From Candidatus Omnitrophota bacterium (lineage in GTDB: Bacteria; Omnitrophota; Gorgyraeia; Tantalellales; Tantalellaceae): a DNA stretch of 64,000 bases. Every line of letters starts with the position of its first letter. The first letter of the stretch is position 1. Location: the NCBI GenBank assembly GCA_049643885.1, contig JBARQV010000015.1, forward strand, positions 75,430 through 139,429. Direction: 5' to 3'. Position numbers and translations under genes: made by a program. Below, in pieces: positions 17,256-27,057 of this stretch. The notes below the pieces were generated by a model. That model ran no database searches, was not told where the DNA came from, and worked only from the letters and a program-made list of their open reading frames with translations.

Positions 17256-18512
17256 ATGATATCAAATATGGGCAAGATCAAGGGAAGTTTGCTGATTTTA
17301 TCCTGGGCTTTATACGACCTTGCCAACCAGTTCTTCGCTTTGAATGTTGTTTCACTTCACTTTCCCCGATGGATCAGCGTAGAAAAAGGATCGCCTGAGA
17401 TTTTTTACAGCCTGGCCTTTGGGGTATCCATGTTCCTTGTAGCTGTTTTCGCGCCTTTCCTGGGCGCGCTCTCGGACATGAGGAATTGGAAGAAGTCTTT
17501 CCTGGTTTTTTTTACCTTTCTTTCGATCATATTCACCATAGGCCTGGGACTGTCTACCGGTGTTCTTATGTCACTGGTATTTTTTGCGATCGCCAATTTC
17601 GGTTGCCAGGAAGCGATAATCTTCTATAACGCCCTGATGACCAGAGTAGCGCCAAGGGAAAGGATCGGGCTTGTATCGGGATTAGGAAGGATGTTCGGAT
17701 ACAGCGGGGCGATACTGGCCCTTTATCTTACCAAGCCCGTAATACTGAACATGGGCTACCAGGCGACTTTTATTTTTACCGGCATTTTGTTTCTCGTCTT
17801 TGCCTTGCCTTGTCTGATCTTTATAAAGGAGGAAAGGCCCGGGGAGAAAATGAGACTGTCTTTCTTTTTACGGAAGGAAAGGCTGGTTGAATTAGCCGAC
17901 AGGCTTAAAATGACTATCAGGGGAACCGAGACATTTAAGGGGCTAAGGAATTTTCTGAAGGCTTCGTTTTTTATGCTGTGTGTTGTAAATGCGCTCATAC
18001 TTTTCATGGCTGTTTACGCCGTGAGAGTTTTTGGGCTCGCGGAAGACCAGATAATCGATCTGGTAGCTTTTTCCACTCTTTTTGCCATTCTGGGAAGTAT
18101 CGTGTCAGGGTTTATCAGCGATCTGATAGGATACGTACGGTCTTTGCTGATTATATTTTTTCTCTGGGGGCTTTGTATCTTGGGCGGGGGTTTGCTTGAG
18201 CCTCCATTCCATTGGCTGGTCGGGGCCCTGGCGGGATTAAGCCTGGGGTCGACATGGGTCGTATTGCGGGCCCTGGTCATAAAACTCGTTCCGGAAGAGA
18301 AAATAGGCGAAGCCTTCGGCTTGTTCAATCTTGTAAGCTATTTTTCCGGAATGGTCGGCCCTCTTTTCTGGGGGATGATGCTTTTTTTTCTTTCCCGGAT
18401 GGGGGAGATAGGTTACCGGATTTCGTTTCTTAGTATGATGATATTTATCGCGGTCGGCGTTTATTTTCTTCTAAAAATAGGCCGGGCAGATGCAGATGAA
18501 GAAAGGGTTTAG
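17256..18512 (+). CDS. MFS transporter (UMF1/Atg22-like; candidate lysophospholipid transporter LplT analogue)
   Basis: 12 transmembrane segments with a YDLANQ motif. Its stop is 3 nt upstream of the Aas-like gene. Confidence 0.65.
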   Translation: MISNMGKIKGSLLILSWALYDLANQFFALNVVSLHFPRWISVEKGSPEIFYSLAFGVSMFLVAVFAPFLGALSDMRNWKKSFLVFFTFLSIIFTIGLGLSTGVLMSLVFFAIANFGCQEAIIFYNALMTRVAPRERIGLVSGLGRMFGYSGAILALYLTKPVILNMGYQATFIFTGILFLVFALPCLIFIKEERPGEKMRLSFFLRKERLVELADRLKMTIRGTETFKGLRNFLKASFFMLCVVNALILFMAVYAVRVFGLAEDQIIDLVAFSTLFAILGSIVSGFISDLIGYVRSLLIIFFLWGLCILGGGLLEPPFHWLVGALAGLSLGSTWVVLRALVIKLVPEEKIGEAFGLFNLVSYFSGMVGPLFWGMMLFFLSRMGEIGYRISFLSMMIFIAVGVYFLLKIGRADADEERV

Positions 18513-18514
18513 AA

Positions 18515-21223
18515 GTGGCGATTAACCTGTGGAAAAAATTCGAAGAAACCGCGTCAAGATCGCTTGACAGTATTGCTATCAAGGATAAAAAAGCCGGCAG
18601 ATGGGAAAATATCACTTACGGCGGTTTGAAGCGCAATATAGAGTCTCTGACATCTTTTTTGCAAAAAGAGGGGATAGGGAAGGGCGATAAAGTCGGTATA
18701 GTCCTGGAAAACGGGGCCGAATGGCCGGTGATATTCTTTTCCACGGTTCTGGTAGGCGGCGTTTCTATTCCCCTCAACCCCGCGTCCACGCACGAAGAGA
18801 TCGAAAATATACTTAAAGATTCCGGATGCAAACTGGTCTTTGCCGGGAAAGACTTTTTTGATCCAGTCAGGGAGATATGCCGGAGCTGTCCGGGGGTAGA
18901 AAACGTTATTTTGGTAGACCCCGTATCGTTTAAAAACACGGTTACCGGCCAGCGCGAGGAGGTTGATGTCGGCCAAGTCGGCCGGGATGACCTGGCCTGT
19001 ATCCTGTATACCTCGGGCACGACCGCTGAACCAAAAGGAGTGATGCTTACCCACGGCAACCTCCTGTCTAATTGCGACTCACTGTTCCGGATGAACATTA
19101 TTACTCAAGATGACAGTGTCGTTTCCATACTCCCCCTGCATCATACTTATCCTCTGACAGTGACCATGCTCTTACCGCTTCTATACGGCGGCAAGGTCAT
19201 CTATCCCGGGACAATGCGCGGGGAAGCGGTGCTGGAAGCTATGAGGGAAACAAGAACGACCGTTTTTGTGGCTGTTCCGCAGATCCTGCATTCTTTTGAT
19301 CAAAAGATCGCTGAGCAGATAAAAAAGATCATTTTTCCGTTTAATCTCCTGTTCAGAGCCGTCATTGAGGTTCTTTATAAAATCAGGAATAGAACCGGTA
19401 TAAATCTGAGCCGGTGGGTTCTCGGCAGTATCCACAGAAGATTCGGAAAATCACTGCGGATGTTTGTGAGTGGAGGCGCAAGGCTTGATGAGAACGCCGC
19501 GCGGGATCTGGTCAGGTTGGGCTTCACCATTATTGAAGGATACGGTCTTACCGAAAGTTCTCCAGTCCTTACCCTTAATCCCGCGAAAAAGGCTAAGATC
19601 GGTTCGGTCGGCCTGCCTATACTGGATGTCGAGCTGAAGATCGGCGGCAAGAACGAAGAAGGCGTAGGTGAAGTGATCGCTAGCGGGCCCAATATCATGG
19701 AAGGGTACTATAAAAGGAAAGACCTGACCGCGGAGGCTTTAAAGGACGGGTGGCTTCACACCGGCGATCTCGGTTACATCGACGAAGACGGCTATCTGTT
19801 CCTGACCGGCAGGGTGAAGGATGTTATCGTTTTGAGTTCCGGAGTAAATGTCTACCCGGAAGAGATAGAACATGCCTACCTCAGCGCGTCTCCTGTAGAA
19901 GAGATGTGCGTGTTCGAAGTCCCATCAAAGAAAGAAGAGGACCAGACCCTGACCCTCTGGGCGGTAGTCGTGCCTGACCTTGAGTTTTTTAAAAAATACG
20001 GCGAAATAAATCTCAAAGGGGTAATAAGGGAAAGGTTTGACAATGTCTCCAGGTCCTTGCCCAGCCACATGCGCTTGAGGGGTTTCTCCGTGACCCTTGA
20101 TAAACTTCCCCGTACCCTGCTGGGTAAGGTCAAGAGGTTTGAAGTCAGGGAAAAATTCACCTCGACAGCGAAAGAAGAGATGCTTAAGCCGGAAGAGAGA
20201 GAACTTTCCGGCGGGGATCTTGAACTTATGGAAACAGATCGCGGCAGAAAAATCATTAAGTATCTTGCCAAACAGACCGGCATAAAAAGGTCCATTACTC
20301 CTCCGGATCTTCTGGAGCTGGATCTGGGCATAGATTCCCTGGGAAGGATAGAGCTTGCGGCAGGTCTTGAAAAGGTCCTGGGGATCGAGATAGAAGACGA
20401 GGTCATAGGAAGGGCCTTTACCGTAAGGGACCTTATCAAAGGGGCGGAACCCCTTCTAGCCAGAGCCGGAAAAGCTGTCCCGGCGGAGAAGATATCATAC
20501 ACACCCGGCGAATGGAAAGAAACCCTCCAGGGTCTGCCCGGGAAAGGAAATCTGGAAAAGATAGACCTTCATCCCGGCTGGTGGGCGTGGCTGGCCGGGT
20601 TTCTTTTTACCTGCATGAATAAGGTTTTCTTTAAGCTTTTTTACAGATTAAGAGTCGAAGGGATAGAAAATTTTCCGAAAGCAAGGCCATATATACTCTA
20701 TGTGAACCATGCCAGTTATTATGACGGCTTGATCGTGGCTTCATCCTTGCCGCGTTTCCCCAGGCTGGAGCTTTTTTTCGTCGGGTTCAGGCCGTATTTT
20801 AACGTCCCGATAATACGCAATCTGATAAAGGTCGGCAGGATCATCCCTCTTGATTTTTCTTCACATCTTTTAGAAGCGCTGAAAAGCTGTTATTACGTCC
20901 TTAAGAACAAAGGCGCTCTGTGCCTTTTCCCGGAAGGCATACGCACTCTTACCGGCGAGATAGGTGAGTTCAAAAAAGGTTTCGGGATCCTGGCAAAAGA
21001 GACAGGGGCGAAACTTGTGCCGGTTCTGATCGAAGGGGCATACGAAGCCTGGCCCAGGACCTCAAAGTATCCAAAGATACATCCCCTGAAGGTGAGGTTC
21101 GGAAAGGCCCTGGACCCGGAAGAACTTGAGAAAGAAGGCTTGAAAATGGGGGCGAAGGACGGTTATACGGCAATATGCATGTCCGCGAGAAAGATCCTCA
21201 TCGACATGAAAGACCGTACGTAA
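18515..21223 (+). CDS. tri-domain acyl-AMP ligase (AMP-binding) - phosphopantetheine carrier - 1-acylglycerol-3-phosphate acyltransferase fusion (Aas-like)
   Basis: AMP-binding YTSGTTAEPKG and TGDLGYIDEDGYLFLTGR. Carrier LGIDSLGRIEL carries the DSL Ser. LPLAT HX4D VNHASYYDG and FPEGIRT. GTG start. Confidence 0.75.
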   Translation: MAINLWKKFEETASRSLDSIAIKDKKAGRWENITYGGLKRNIESLTSFLQKEGIGKGDKVGIVLENGAEWPVIFFSTVLVGGVSIPLNPASTHEEIENILKDSGCKLVFAGKDFFDPVREICRSCPGVENVILVDPVSFKNTVTGQREEVDVGQVGRDDLACILYTSGTTAEPKGVMLTHGNLLSNCDSLFRMNIITQDDSVVSILPLHHTYPLTVTMLLPLLYGGKVIYPGTMRGEAVLEAMRETRTTVFVAVPQILHSFDQKIAEQIKKIIFPFNLLFRAVIEVLYKIRNRTGINLSRWVLGSIHRRFGKSLRMFVSGGARLDENAARDLVRLGFTIIEGYGLTESSPVLTLNPAKKAKIGSVGLPILDVELKIGGKNEEGVGEVIASGPNIMEGYYKRKDLTAEALKDGWLHTGDLGYIDEDGYLFLTGRVKDVIVLSSGVNVYPEEIEHAYLSASPVEEMCVFEVPSKKEEDQTLTLWAVVVPDLEFFKKYGEINLKGVIRERFDNVSRSLPSHMRLRGFSVTLDKLPRTLLGKVKRFEVREKFTSTAKEEMLKPEERELSGGDLELMETDRGRKIIKYLAKQTGIKRSITPPDLLELDLGIDSLGRIELAAGLEKVLGIEIEDEVIGRAFTVRDLIKGAEPLLARAGKAVPAEKISYTPGEWKETLQGLPGKGNLEKIDLHPGWWAWLAGFLFTCMNKVFFKLFYRLRVEGIENFPKARPYILYVNHASYYDGLIVASSLPRFPRLELFFVGFRPYFNVPIIRNLIKVGRIIPLDFSSHLLEALKSCYYVLKNKGALCLFPEGIRTLTGEIGEFKKGFGILAKETGAKLVPVLIEGAYEAWPRTSKYPKIHPLKVRFGKALDPEELEKEGLKMGAKDGYTAICMSARKILIDMKDRT

Positions 21224-21326
21224 TCATTGATAAAACAGGGAAATAGAGCTAAGATTATATTTAAGTCGGATTGGTATTATCTGTGCATTTTTTAAACTTA
21301 AGGAGAGAACGTAAAGAGGGGTATAT

Positions 21327-21716
21327 ATGTTTAGAAAAAAGAAAAAGATATTATTGATCGAAGACGAGCCGGACATGGCCACGGTCATCAGCGAAAGGCT
21401 TCAAAGGGATGACATGGAAGTCATGATAGCCGGTGAAGGGAAGAAGGGTGTGGAGATGGCCGAAAAGAACAGGCCCGACCTCATCATACTGGATCTCATA
21501 CTCCCCCTTGGGGACGGTTTGTGGGTCCTGCAGAAACTGAAAGAACAGGCTAAGACCATGGACATTCCGGTGATCATCCTGACGGCGAGCGGTGATGACA
21601 AATATATAAAGAAAGTCACGGACCTGGGCATTGAAGCGTTCATGAGAAAACCCTATAGGGGCGATAAACTCGTGGGCACGATAAACAATATCCTGGAAAA
21701 AGGTCGGAAGAAATGA
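21327..21716 (+). CDS. single-domain response regulator (CheY-like receiver)
   Basis: DD..D..K pattern: LLIEDEPD, ILDLILP, and the Lys in RKPY. Confidence 0.8.
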   Translation: MFRKKKKILLIEDEPDMATVISERLQRDDMEVMIAGEGKKGVEMAEKNRPDLIILDLILPLGDGLWVLQKLKEQAKTMDIPVIILTASGDDKYIKKVTDLGIEAFMRKPYRGDKLVGTINNILEKGRKK

Positions 21717-23593
21717 AAAAGGAAAAGTTGGAAGAAAAGATCAGCAGGATCAGCCATGAACTTGAGGAACGCGTCAAGGAGCTGAGATGTATCTACGGCA
21801 TGGCCGATCTCGTTGAGAAACCGGAGATAACGCTCGATGAGATCTTCCGGGGAACGGTCAAACTTATTCCTCCCGCCTGGCAATATCCAAAAATAGCGTA
21901 TACCAGGGCTAAATTTCTGGACAAAGAATTCAAAACAAAAAATTTCAAACAGACCCCCTGGAAAATGACCAGCGGCATCTTTGCGCGCGGTAAAAAAATA
22001 GGATCTCTTGAGGTCGGATATTTGAAAAAGACCCCAAAAAGCCGCAAAAGCCACTTCCTTAAAGAAGAAAAGAAACTCTTAAATTCCCTTGCCGAAAGAC
22101 TGGGAAAGATCACGGAAAAAAAATGGGCTGAAGATGATGTCCGGCGGAGCGAAATGAAATTCAGGCAGTTCTTTGAAAATGATCCTAACTATTGTTACAT
22201 GGTCTCGCCCCAGGGGAAAATACTCGATATCAACGACGAAGCCCTTAAAGCGCTAGGTTATAGTAAGAAAGAAGTTATAGGAAAACCCTTGATCACCGCG
22301 CTTTATGCGCCGTCTTCCCGGAAGAAGGTCAGGAAATTATTTGATCGATGGAAAAAAACCGGGGAGATCAGAAACGAGGAACTCAAGGTCATGACCAAGT
22401 CCGGCGAGGAAAGGACCGTTATCCTAAACGTCGATTCCGTCAGAGATGCTAAAAGTAATATCCTTCACAGCATTTCGGAGCAACTGGATATAACCGATAG
22501 GAAAAATGCGGAACAAGCGCTCCGGGAAAGTGAGAACCATTTTCGCACTCTTGTCTCCAACATCCCGGGCATCGTGTACCGTTGTGCAAATGATCCGGAA
22601 TGGACAATCCAGTTTGTCAGCGATCCTATCTATGAGGTCTCAGGCTATCCTTCTGCGGATTTCATTGGAAATAGGGTTCGAAGTTACGCAAGCGTTATCC
22701 ATCCTGACGATAGAGCCATGGTCGAAGAGGCGGTTTCCAGGGGCGTGAAAAGAAAACAGACCTATATTATCGAATACCGTATAGTGAGAAATGATGGGAC
22801 CATACGCTGGGTACATGAGAAGGGCCGGGGAGTTTTCGGAGATAATGGTGATCTTCTCTGGCTTGATGGAGCTATTTTTGATATCACAGAGCGAAAAAAA
22901 ATAGATGAACTCAAAGATGAATTCGTCAACACCGTTTCGCATGAGCTCCGGACGCCCCTGGCCATAATCAGGGAAAGCAGCTATTTCCTGGCGTTAAGTA
23001 TGGAGAAGACAGCGGATGAGAAGCAGAAAAGGCATTTTGACATTCTCAGGAGGAACGTCGACAGGTTGGAGCACCTTGTGGGCAACGTCCTGGATTACCA
23101 GAGGCTCACCGCCGGGAGAATGGGTTTTGACCTGAAAAAAGATGATGTCAACGTCCTGGTAAAGGACGCAAAAAAGGAATTGCTGACCCTGGCGGAGGAG
23201 AAGGGGATAGAACTGGATGTAAAACCGGCGAAAAACCTGCCAAAAGTAAAGTATGACGCGGACAGGGTGATGCAGGTATTGATGAACCTGGTCAGCAACG
23301 CCATAAAATTTACGAACGAAGGCAAAGTCACTATTAATACTTCAAGAGCAAAAGAAGGAGTGAAAGTCTCCGTAAAAGATACCGGACCCGGGATAAAGAA
23401 GCAGGATATCGGCAAGCTTTTCCAGAGTTTCGCTCAATTACGCGCCGAGGACAAGTGGAAGGGCGGCGGAACGGGCCTGGGCCTGGCGATATCAAAAAAG
23501 ATCATAGAACAGCACGGAGGGAAGATCTGGGCCAAATCGAAATACGGCAAGGGGAGCGCGTTCTCTTTTATCCTGCCCTTCAAGGCAAGGTGA
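21713..23593 (+). CDS. cytoplasmic sensor histidine kinase (N-terminal sensor region, two PAS, HisKA, HATPase_c)
   Basis: H-box SHELRTPL. N-box NLVSNAIKF. G-boxes DTGPGI and GGTGLGLAI. PAS regions lie in the middle. Start overlaps the response regulator stop (ATGA). Confidence 0.8.
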   Translation: MKKEKLEEKISRISHELEERVKELRCIYGMADLVEKPEITLDEIFRGTVKLIPPAWQYPKIAYTRAKFLDKEFKTKNFKQTPWKMTSGIFARGKKIGSLEVGYLKKTPKSRKSHFLKEEKKLLNSLAERLGKITEKKWAEDDVRRSEMKFRQFFENDPNYCYMVSPQGKILDINDEALKALGYSKKEVIGKPLITALYAPSSRKKVRKLFDRWKKTGEIRNEELKVMTKSGEERTVILNVDSVRDAKSNILHSISEQLDITDRKNAEQALRESENHFRTLVSNIPGIVYRCANDPEWTIQFVSDPIYEVSGYPSADFIGNRVRSYASVIHPDDRAMVEEAVSRGVKRKQTYIIEYRIVRNDGTIRWVHEKGRGVFGDNGDLLWLDGAIFDITERKKIDELKDEFVNTVSHELRTPLAIIRESSYFLALSMEKTADEKQKRHFDILRRNVDRLEHLVGNVLDYQRLTAGRMGFDLKKDDVNVLVKDAKKELLTLAEEKGIELDVKPAKNLPKVKYDADRVMQVLMNLVSNAIKFTNEGKVTINTSRAKEGVKVSVKDTGPGIKKQDIGKLFQSFAQLRAEDKWKGGGTGLGLAISKKIIEQHGGKIWAKSKYGKGSAFSFILPFKAR

Positions 23594-23697
23594 AAACTTA
23601 TTTTTTGCCCCTGCGAGCGGTCATCTTTTTTATTTCCCTTTCGGTCGGTTTATGTTAAATTTTATCATGAACATAAAAGGATAGGCAAGGAGCCATT

Positions 23698-23976
23698 ATG
23701 GGCAAGATGTGTGAAAAGTGCCTGAAAAAGTATGAAGATTCGCAGAATGTCTGTCTATTATGCGGTTCTGAGCTGAAGGCCGAAGAAGAATGCCGAAAGG
23801 TTTGCGAGGAAAAAGGAAAGACCCCGGAAGAGAAACTGGCCAGGAATAAATATCTCAAGCCCCAGCTTTTCATTCTGGCGGTTGTCGTTATAGTCCTGAT
23901 CCTGGTTTATCTGGCCCTTTCCAGGGGTATGGAGTTTTTCGTAAAAGTGGGGGAGAGGTTGTTGGTGAGGTATTAG
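23698..23976 (+). CDS. zinc-ribbon membrane protein, hypothetical
   Basis: CxxC...CxxC (CEKC...CLLCG) followed by one transmembrane helix. Confidence 0.45.
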   Translation: MGKMCEKCLKKYEDSQNVCLLCGSELKAEEECRKVCEEKGKTPEEKLARNKYLKPQLFILAVVVIVLILVYLALSRGMEFFVKVGERLLVRY

Positions 23977-23979
23977 AAG

Positions 23980-24135
23980 ATATGTCATCCCAGGCGAGGC
24001 TGTAAGAAAAATATGTCATCCCGGACGGCCGAAAGGACGATCCGGGATCAAACAAGATTATTATTTGGTCCCCGCTTTCGCGGGGATGACATACTTCTAA
24101 ACCGGCGAATTCCGGGATGACAGGCAACATACGAG
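23980..24135. mobile_element. MITE-like palindromic repeat cluster with ATGTCATCCC(A/G)GG ... CCGGGATGACA(T) termini (copy locus 1, composite)
   Basis: Fills the whole intergenic gap. Contains two ATGTCATCCC heads, internal hairpins ATCCCGGA/TCCGGGAT and CCCCGC-TTTC-GCGGGG, and two GGGATGACA tails. A homologous element is at 56638-56750. Confidence 0.6.
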
Positions 24136-24138
24136 TGG

Positions 24139-24534
24139 GTGGATATGGTGAATAAAGTTATTTTATGTTGTTTGGTTATTGGTTTGATGTTCTGCGCCGG
24201 GTGCGGATCGGGCAAAATTGTAAAGGTCCGGTTAGAAAGCAATGAGAGGATCGAACTCGTGAGAGGACAGTTGCTAAAAGTCGAGGTGGAAGAAAATCCA
24301 ACTACCGGGTACAGCTGGCAGATATCGGGACCCGGCGAAAGTGATGCGGTCCAGTTGGCAGGAGAGCCCCTATATATCGCAAACTCACCGCTCATAGGCG
24401 CTGGCGGCATTCGCACGTTTCGCTTTAGATCTTTAAGGCGGGGCAGAGCAATGATCGTATTCGAATATAAAAGGTCCTGGGAGAAATATAGAAGGCCGGC
24501 AAAAAAATATATACTGACTTTAGTTGTGCACTAA
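24139..24534 (+). CDS. chagasin-family (I42) cysteine-peptidase inhibitor lipoprotein
   Basis: Lipobox LMFCAGC. Conserved NPTTGYSW chagasin motif. Confidence 0.7.
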   Translation: MDMVNKVILCCLVIGLMFCAGCGSGKIVKVRLESNERIELVRGQLLKVEVEENPTTGYSWQISGPGESDAVQLAGEPLYIANSPLIGAGGIRTFRFRSLRRGRAMIVFEYKRSWEKYRRPAKKYILTLVVH

Positions 24535-24547
24535 AATGGAGGCTTAG

Positions 24548-25201
24548 ATGATAGATCTACACACACATTCATTTCTCAGTGACGGGGAGTTGATCCCAAG
24601 CGAGCTGGTGAGGCGTGCAGAGGTCGCCGGGTATAAAGCGATAGCAATAACTGAACACGTGGACCACTCAAATATTGAAAGCGTCATTGATGCTGTAGTA
24701 AGGGTCTCCGAGGTTCTTAATAAATATTGGGACATAACTGTTATCCCCGGAGTCGAGCTGACGCATGTCCCCCTGGAGACTTTTCCGGAGCTGGTCGGTC
24801 TTGCCAGGAAAAAAGGCGCCAGGATAGTAGTAGGCCATGGAGAGTCGCCTGTCGAGCCCGTGATCCCCGGGACCAATGCGGCCGCTATCCGGGCCGGCGT
24901 GGATATACTTGCGCACCCCGGGTTCATCAGGGAAGAGGACGCGCGTCTGGCGGCTGAAAAAGGAGTTTATCTTGAGATAACTTCGCGGAAAGGGCACTCT
25001 GAGGGCAACAAGCATGTTTTTGAGGCGGCGATGAAAACCGGAGCGAAGTTGGTTCTGGATACGGACGCTCATTCTGTCGAAGATATCCTTGATCCTGAAA
25101 AAAGAGATGATATTTTGAGGTCGCTGACGGATTCCGAGGAAGTCAAATCGGAGATCTTGCGAAATTCAGAAGAGATAGTGGATAGGATACGCAAGCAGTA
25201 A
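24548..25201 (+). CDS. PHP-domain metal-dependent phosphoesterase
   Basis: MIDLHTHS...ITEH...GHGE...LDTDAH histidine motif series of the PHP family. Confidence 0.7.
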   Translation: MIDLHTHSFLSDGELIPSELVRRAEVAGYKAIAITEHVDHSNIESVIDAVVRVSEVLNKYWDITVIPGVELTHVPLETFPELVGLARKKGARIVVGHGESPVEPVIPGTNAAAIRAGVDILAHPGFIREEDARLAAEKGVYLEITSRKGHSEGNKHVFEAAMKTGAKLVLDTDAHSVEDILDPEKRDDILRSLTDSEEVKSEILRNSEEIVDRIRKQ

Positions 25202-25245
25202 TTTAGCTTATGGTTCTCTTAACTAAACAAATTCATATCATCTTC

Positions 25246-25273
25246 TTGACACAATAAATTTACATGATATACT
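25246..25273 (+). promoter_or_regulatory. sigma70 promoter TTGACA-N16-TGaTATACT (extended -10)
   Basis: Perfect -35 and TATACT -10 with TG extension. About 240-nt leader before the outer-membrane protein gene. Confidence 0.55.
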
Positions 25274-25516
25274 TTCAGCGTGAGCCATGCTTTTATTATT
25301 CTTATAAAAGCAGTTCTTTTATATATCATTTAGGGTGTACCGCCGAAGCAGTTTCGATTCCGGCAAAGAAAGGGGGGAGGAAATAGCGTTTTATCTATGC
25401 TTGCCAGAAACTGTAAAATAAAAAGGCGATACTTATATAGAAAAGCAATGTTATGAGCGGTAAAATGCCGTTCATTATAATAATCATTTGATTGAAATTA
25501 CCTTTAAGGGGGTAAA

Positions 25517-27001
25517 ATGAAGTTATTTAAAATTCTATGCGTTCTGGCGCTCGTGTTCGCATTTACCACGATCGCGTATGCCGAAACGCAGAGCGTAAAG
25601 GTGAGCGGCGATATCGCGCTGCGCACTTTTGCGAGAAACAACTATGATCTGGACAACGATGACGCTGTTGCAACGAACAACGGTGCGGAATCCACGGACT
25701 GGGCGTCATATCTTCTGAGCACCGCGGAAGTCCAGATCGATGCCGACCTGACCGATAATGTGTCCGGTGTCATAAGACTGGTGAACCAGAGAGTGTGGGG
25801 TTCCGGTGTTTATAACAGCCAGACTGCAGGGACCAGCGAGCTCGGCAGCACCCAAGAGCCTTTCATGAATGCGGTCGTAGGCAGACAGGTTAATCCGGGC
25901 AGCGCCGCGGCATTTGACGTTGATGTTGACCTGGCTTATATCGAGCTGAAAGAGTTCCTGTACTCTCCTCTTACACTGAGGATAGGTCGTCAGGATCTCT
26001 GGTTCGGTAAAGGCTTCATCATGGGCAATTCGTTGCTTGATCCAAACGGCAGCATCTATCCGCAGGAATATACAGCTATCAATTCGTTTGATGCTGTCAG
26101 GGCGACCTTGGACTATGATCCTTGGACCATCGACTTAGTGTACGCTAAAATAATGGAAAACATGAGAAGAGCCGATGATGATGTGAACCTGTGGGGCGCG
26201 AACATAGGGTATGTTTTCGACGAGTACAACGCGGAAGCCGAAGCTTACTGGTGGTATAAGCAGGACAGGAACGTAGGTTCTGCTGTCGCTACTGGCGTGC
26301 CCAGGGCCAGCGTCATAAACGGCGCGGACTCCAACGACGTTTTCTGCTGGGGCGGCCGTGGAAGCTTTGATCCCATCGAAGACTGGACGATCGCCGTCGA
26401 AGCCGCGTATCAGCACGGCGAATTTGTCGGCGTGAACAGCCAGATGGAGAGAAGGCCAAGAAGCGCGTGGGCTATCGACGCCATGATCGAATGCCGTTAC
26501 TGGCAGGATGATTTCGCGTGGAGGCCTGTTGTCGGCGCAGAATACATCTTCTACTCCGGCGAGCAGAACATGGGTAACATGAACACCCTTTCCGATGCCA
26601 CTTACAACGGATGGGACCCGATGTTCAGAGGCAAGTTCGACACAGCCATCAGAGAGTTCCAGAACGTGTTCTATCGTACCGCTATGGCCAGCACCCCGTC
26701 ATCGACAAACCAGCACCAGTTGCTGGTCCGCGGCACTTTGGAACCGACCGACAGCCTGACACTCGACGCGGTGTACGGTCACTTCTGGCTTGCGGAAAAT
26801 TGGGCCACAGTGAACGACGTCGTTCCCGAGAACAGGAAGAAGAACGTGGGTGATGAATTCGACCTTAAGCTGACTTGGGATTATACCGAGGATGTTCAGT
26901 TCAGCCTTCTGGCTGGATGGTTCTTCCCGGGTGATCACTTCACCAGCGGCCTGGACGACACAGCCACCGACCTTGTCGGTACAGTGAAACTCAGCTTCTA
27001 A
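25517..27001 (+). CDS. outer-membrane beta-barrel protein (porin/alginate-export-like), C-terminal Phe
   Basis: Signal peptide. Alternating amphipathic beta-strand pattern, Gly/Tyr/Trp-rich. Terminal ...GTVKLSF. Confidence 0.65.
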   Translation: MKLFKILCVLALVFAFTTIAYAETQSVKVSGDIALRTFARNNYDLDNDDAVATNNGAESTDWASYLLSTAEVQIDADLTDNVSGVIRLVNQRVWGSGVYNSQTAGTSELGSTQEPFMNAVVGRQVNPGSAAAFDVDVDLAYIELKEFLYSPLTLRIGRQDLWFGKGFIMGNSLLDPNGSIYPQEYTAINSFDAVRATLDYDPWTIDLVYAKIMENMRRADDDVNLWGANIGYVFDEYNAEAEAYWWYKQDRNVGSAVATGVPRASVINGADSNDVFCWGGRGSFDPIEDWTIAVEAAYQHGEFVGVNSQMERRPRSAWAIDAMIECRYWQDDFAWRPVVGAEYIFYSGEQNMGNMNTLSDATYNGWDPMFRGKFDTAIREFQNVFYRTAMASTPSSTNQHQLLVRGTLEPTDSLTLDAVYGHFWLAENWATVNDVVPENRKKNVGDEFDLKLTWDYTEDVQFSLLAGWFFPGDHFTSGLDDTATDLVGTVKLSF

Positions 27002-27018
27002 GTAAATCTTAGCAGCTT

Positions 27019-27057
27019 AAAAAACCGGCCTGCTTTTAAAGCAGGCCGGTTTTTTTA
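27019..27057 (+). terminator. intrinsic terminator (AACCGGCCTGC-TTTTAAA-GCAGGCCGGTT then T7)
   Basis: 11-bp perfect stem plus U-tract after the outer-membrane protein gene. Confidence 0.85.

Noticed and set aside
19876-20502. 208-aa ORF on the minus strand inside the Aas-like gene. Similar long antisense ORFs are at 55554-56414, 47092-47925, 50493-51131, 14078-14614 and 8546-9154.
   Set aside because: They lie entirely within well-supported plus-strand genes that have clear domain motifs. Their products are low-complexity (Ser/Pro/Arg-rich) with no motifs, typical of shadow ORFs.
23980-24135. Possibility that the repeated ATGTCATCCC units represent a CRISPR array.
   Set aside because: Only 2-3 irregular partial units per locus. 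The repeats are in inverted as well as direct orientation, there are no uniform spacers, and no cas genes are in the window.
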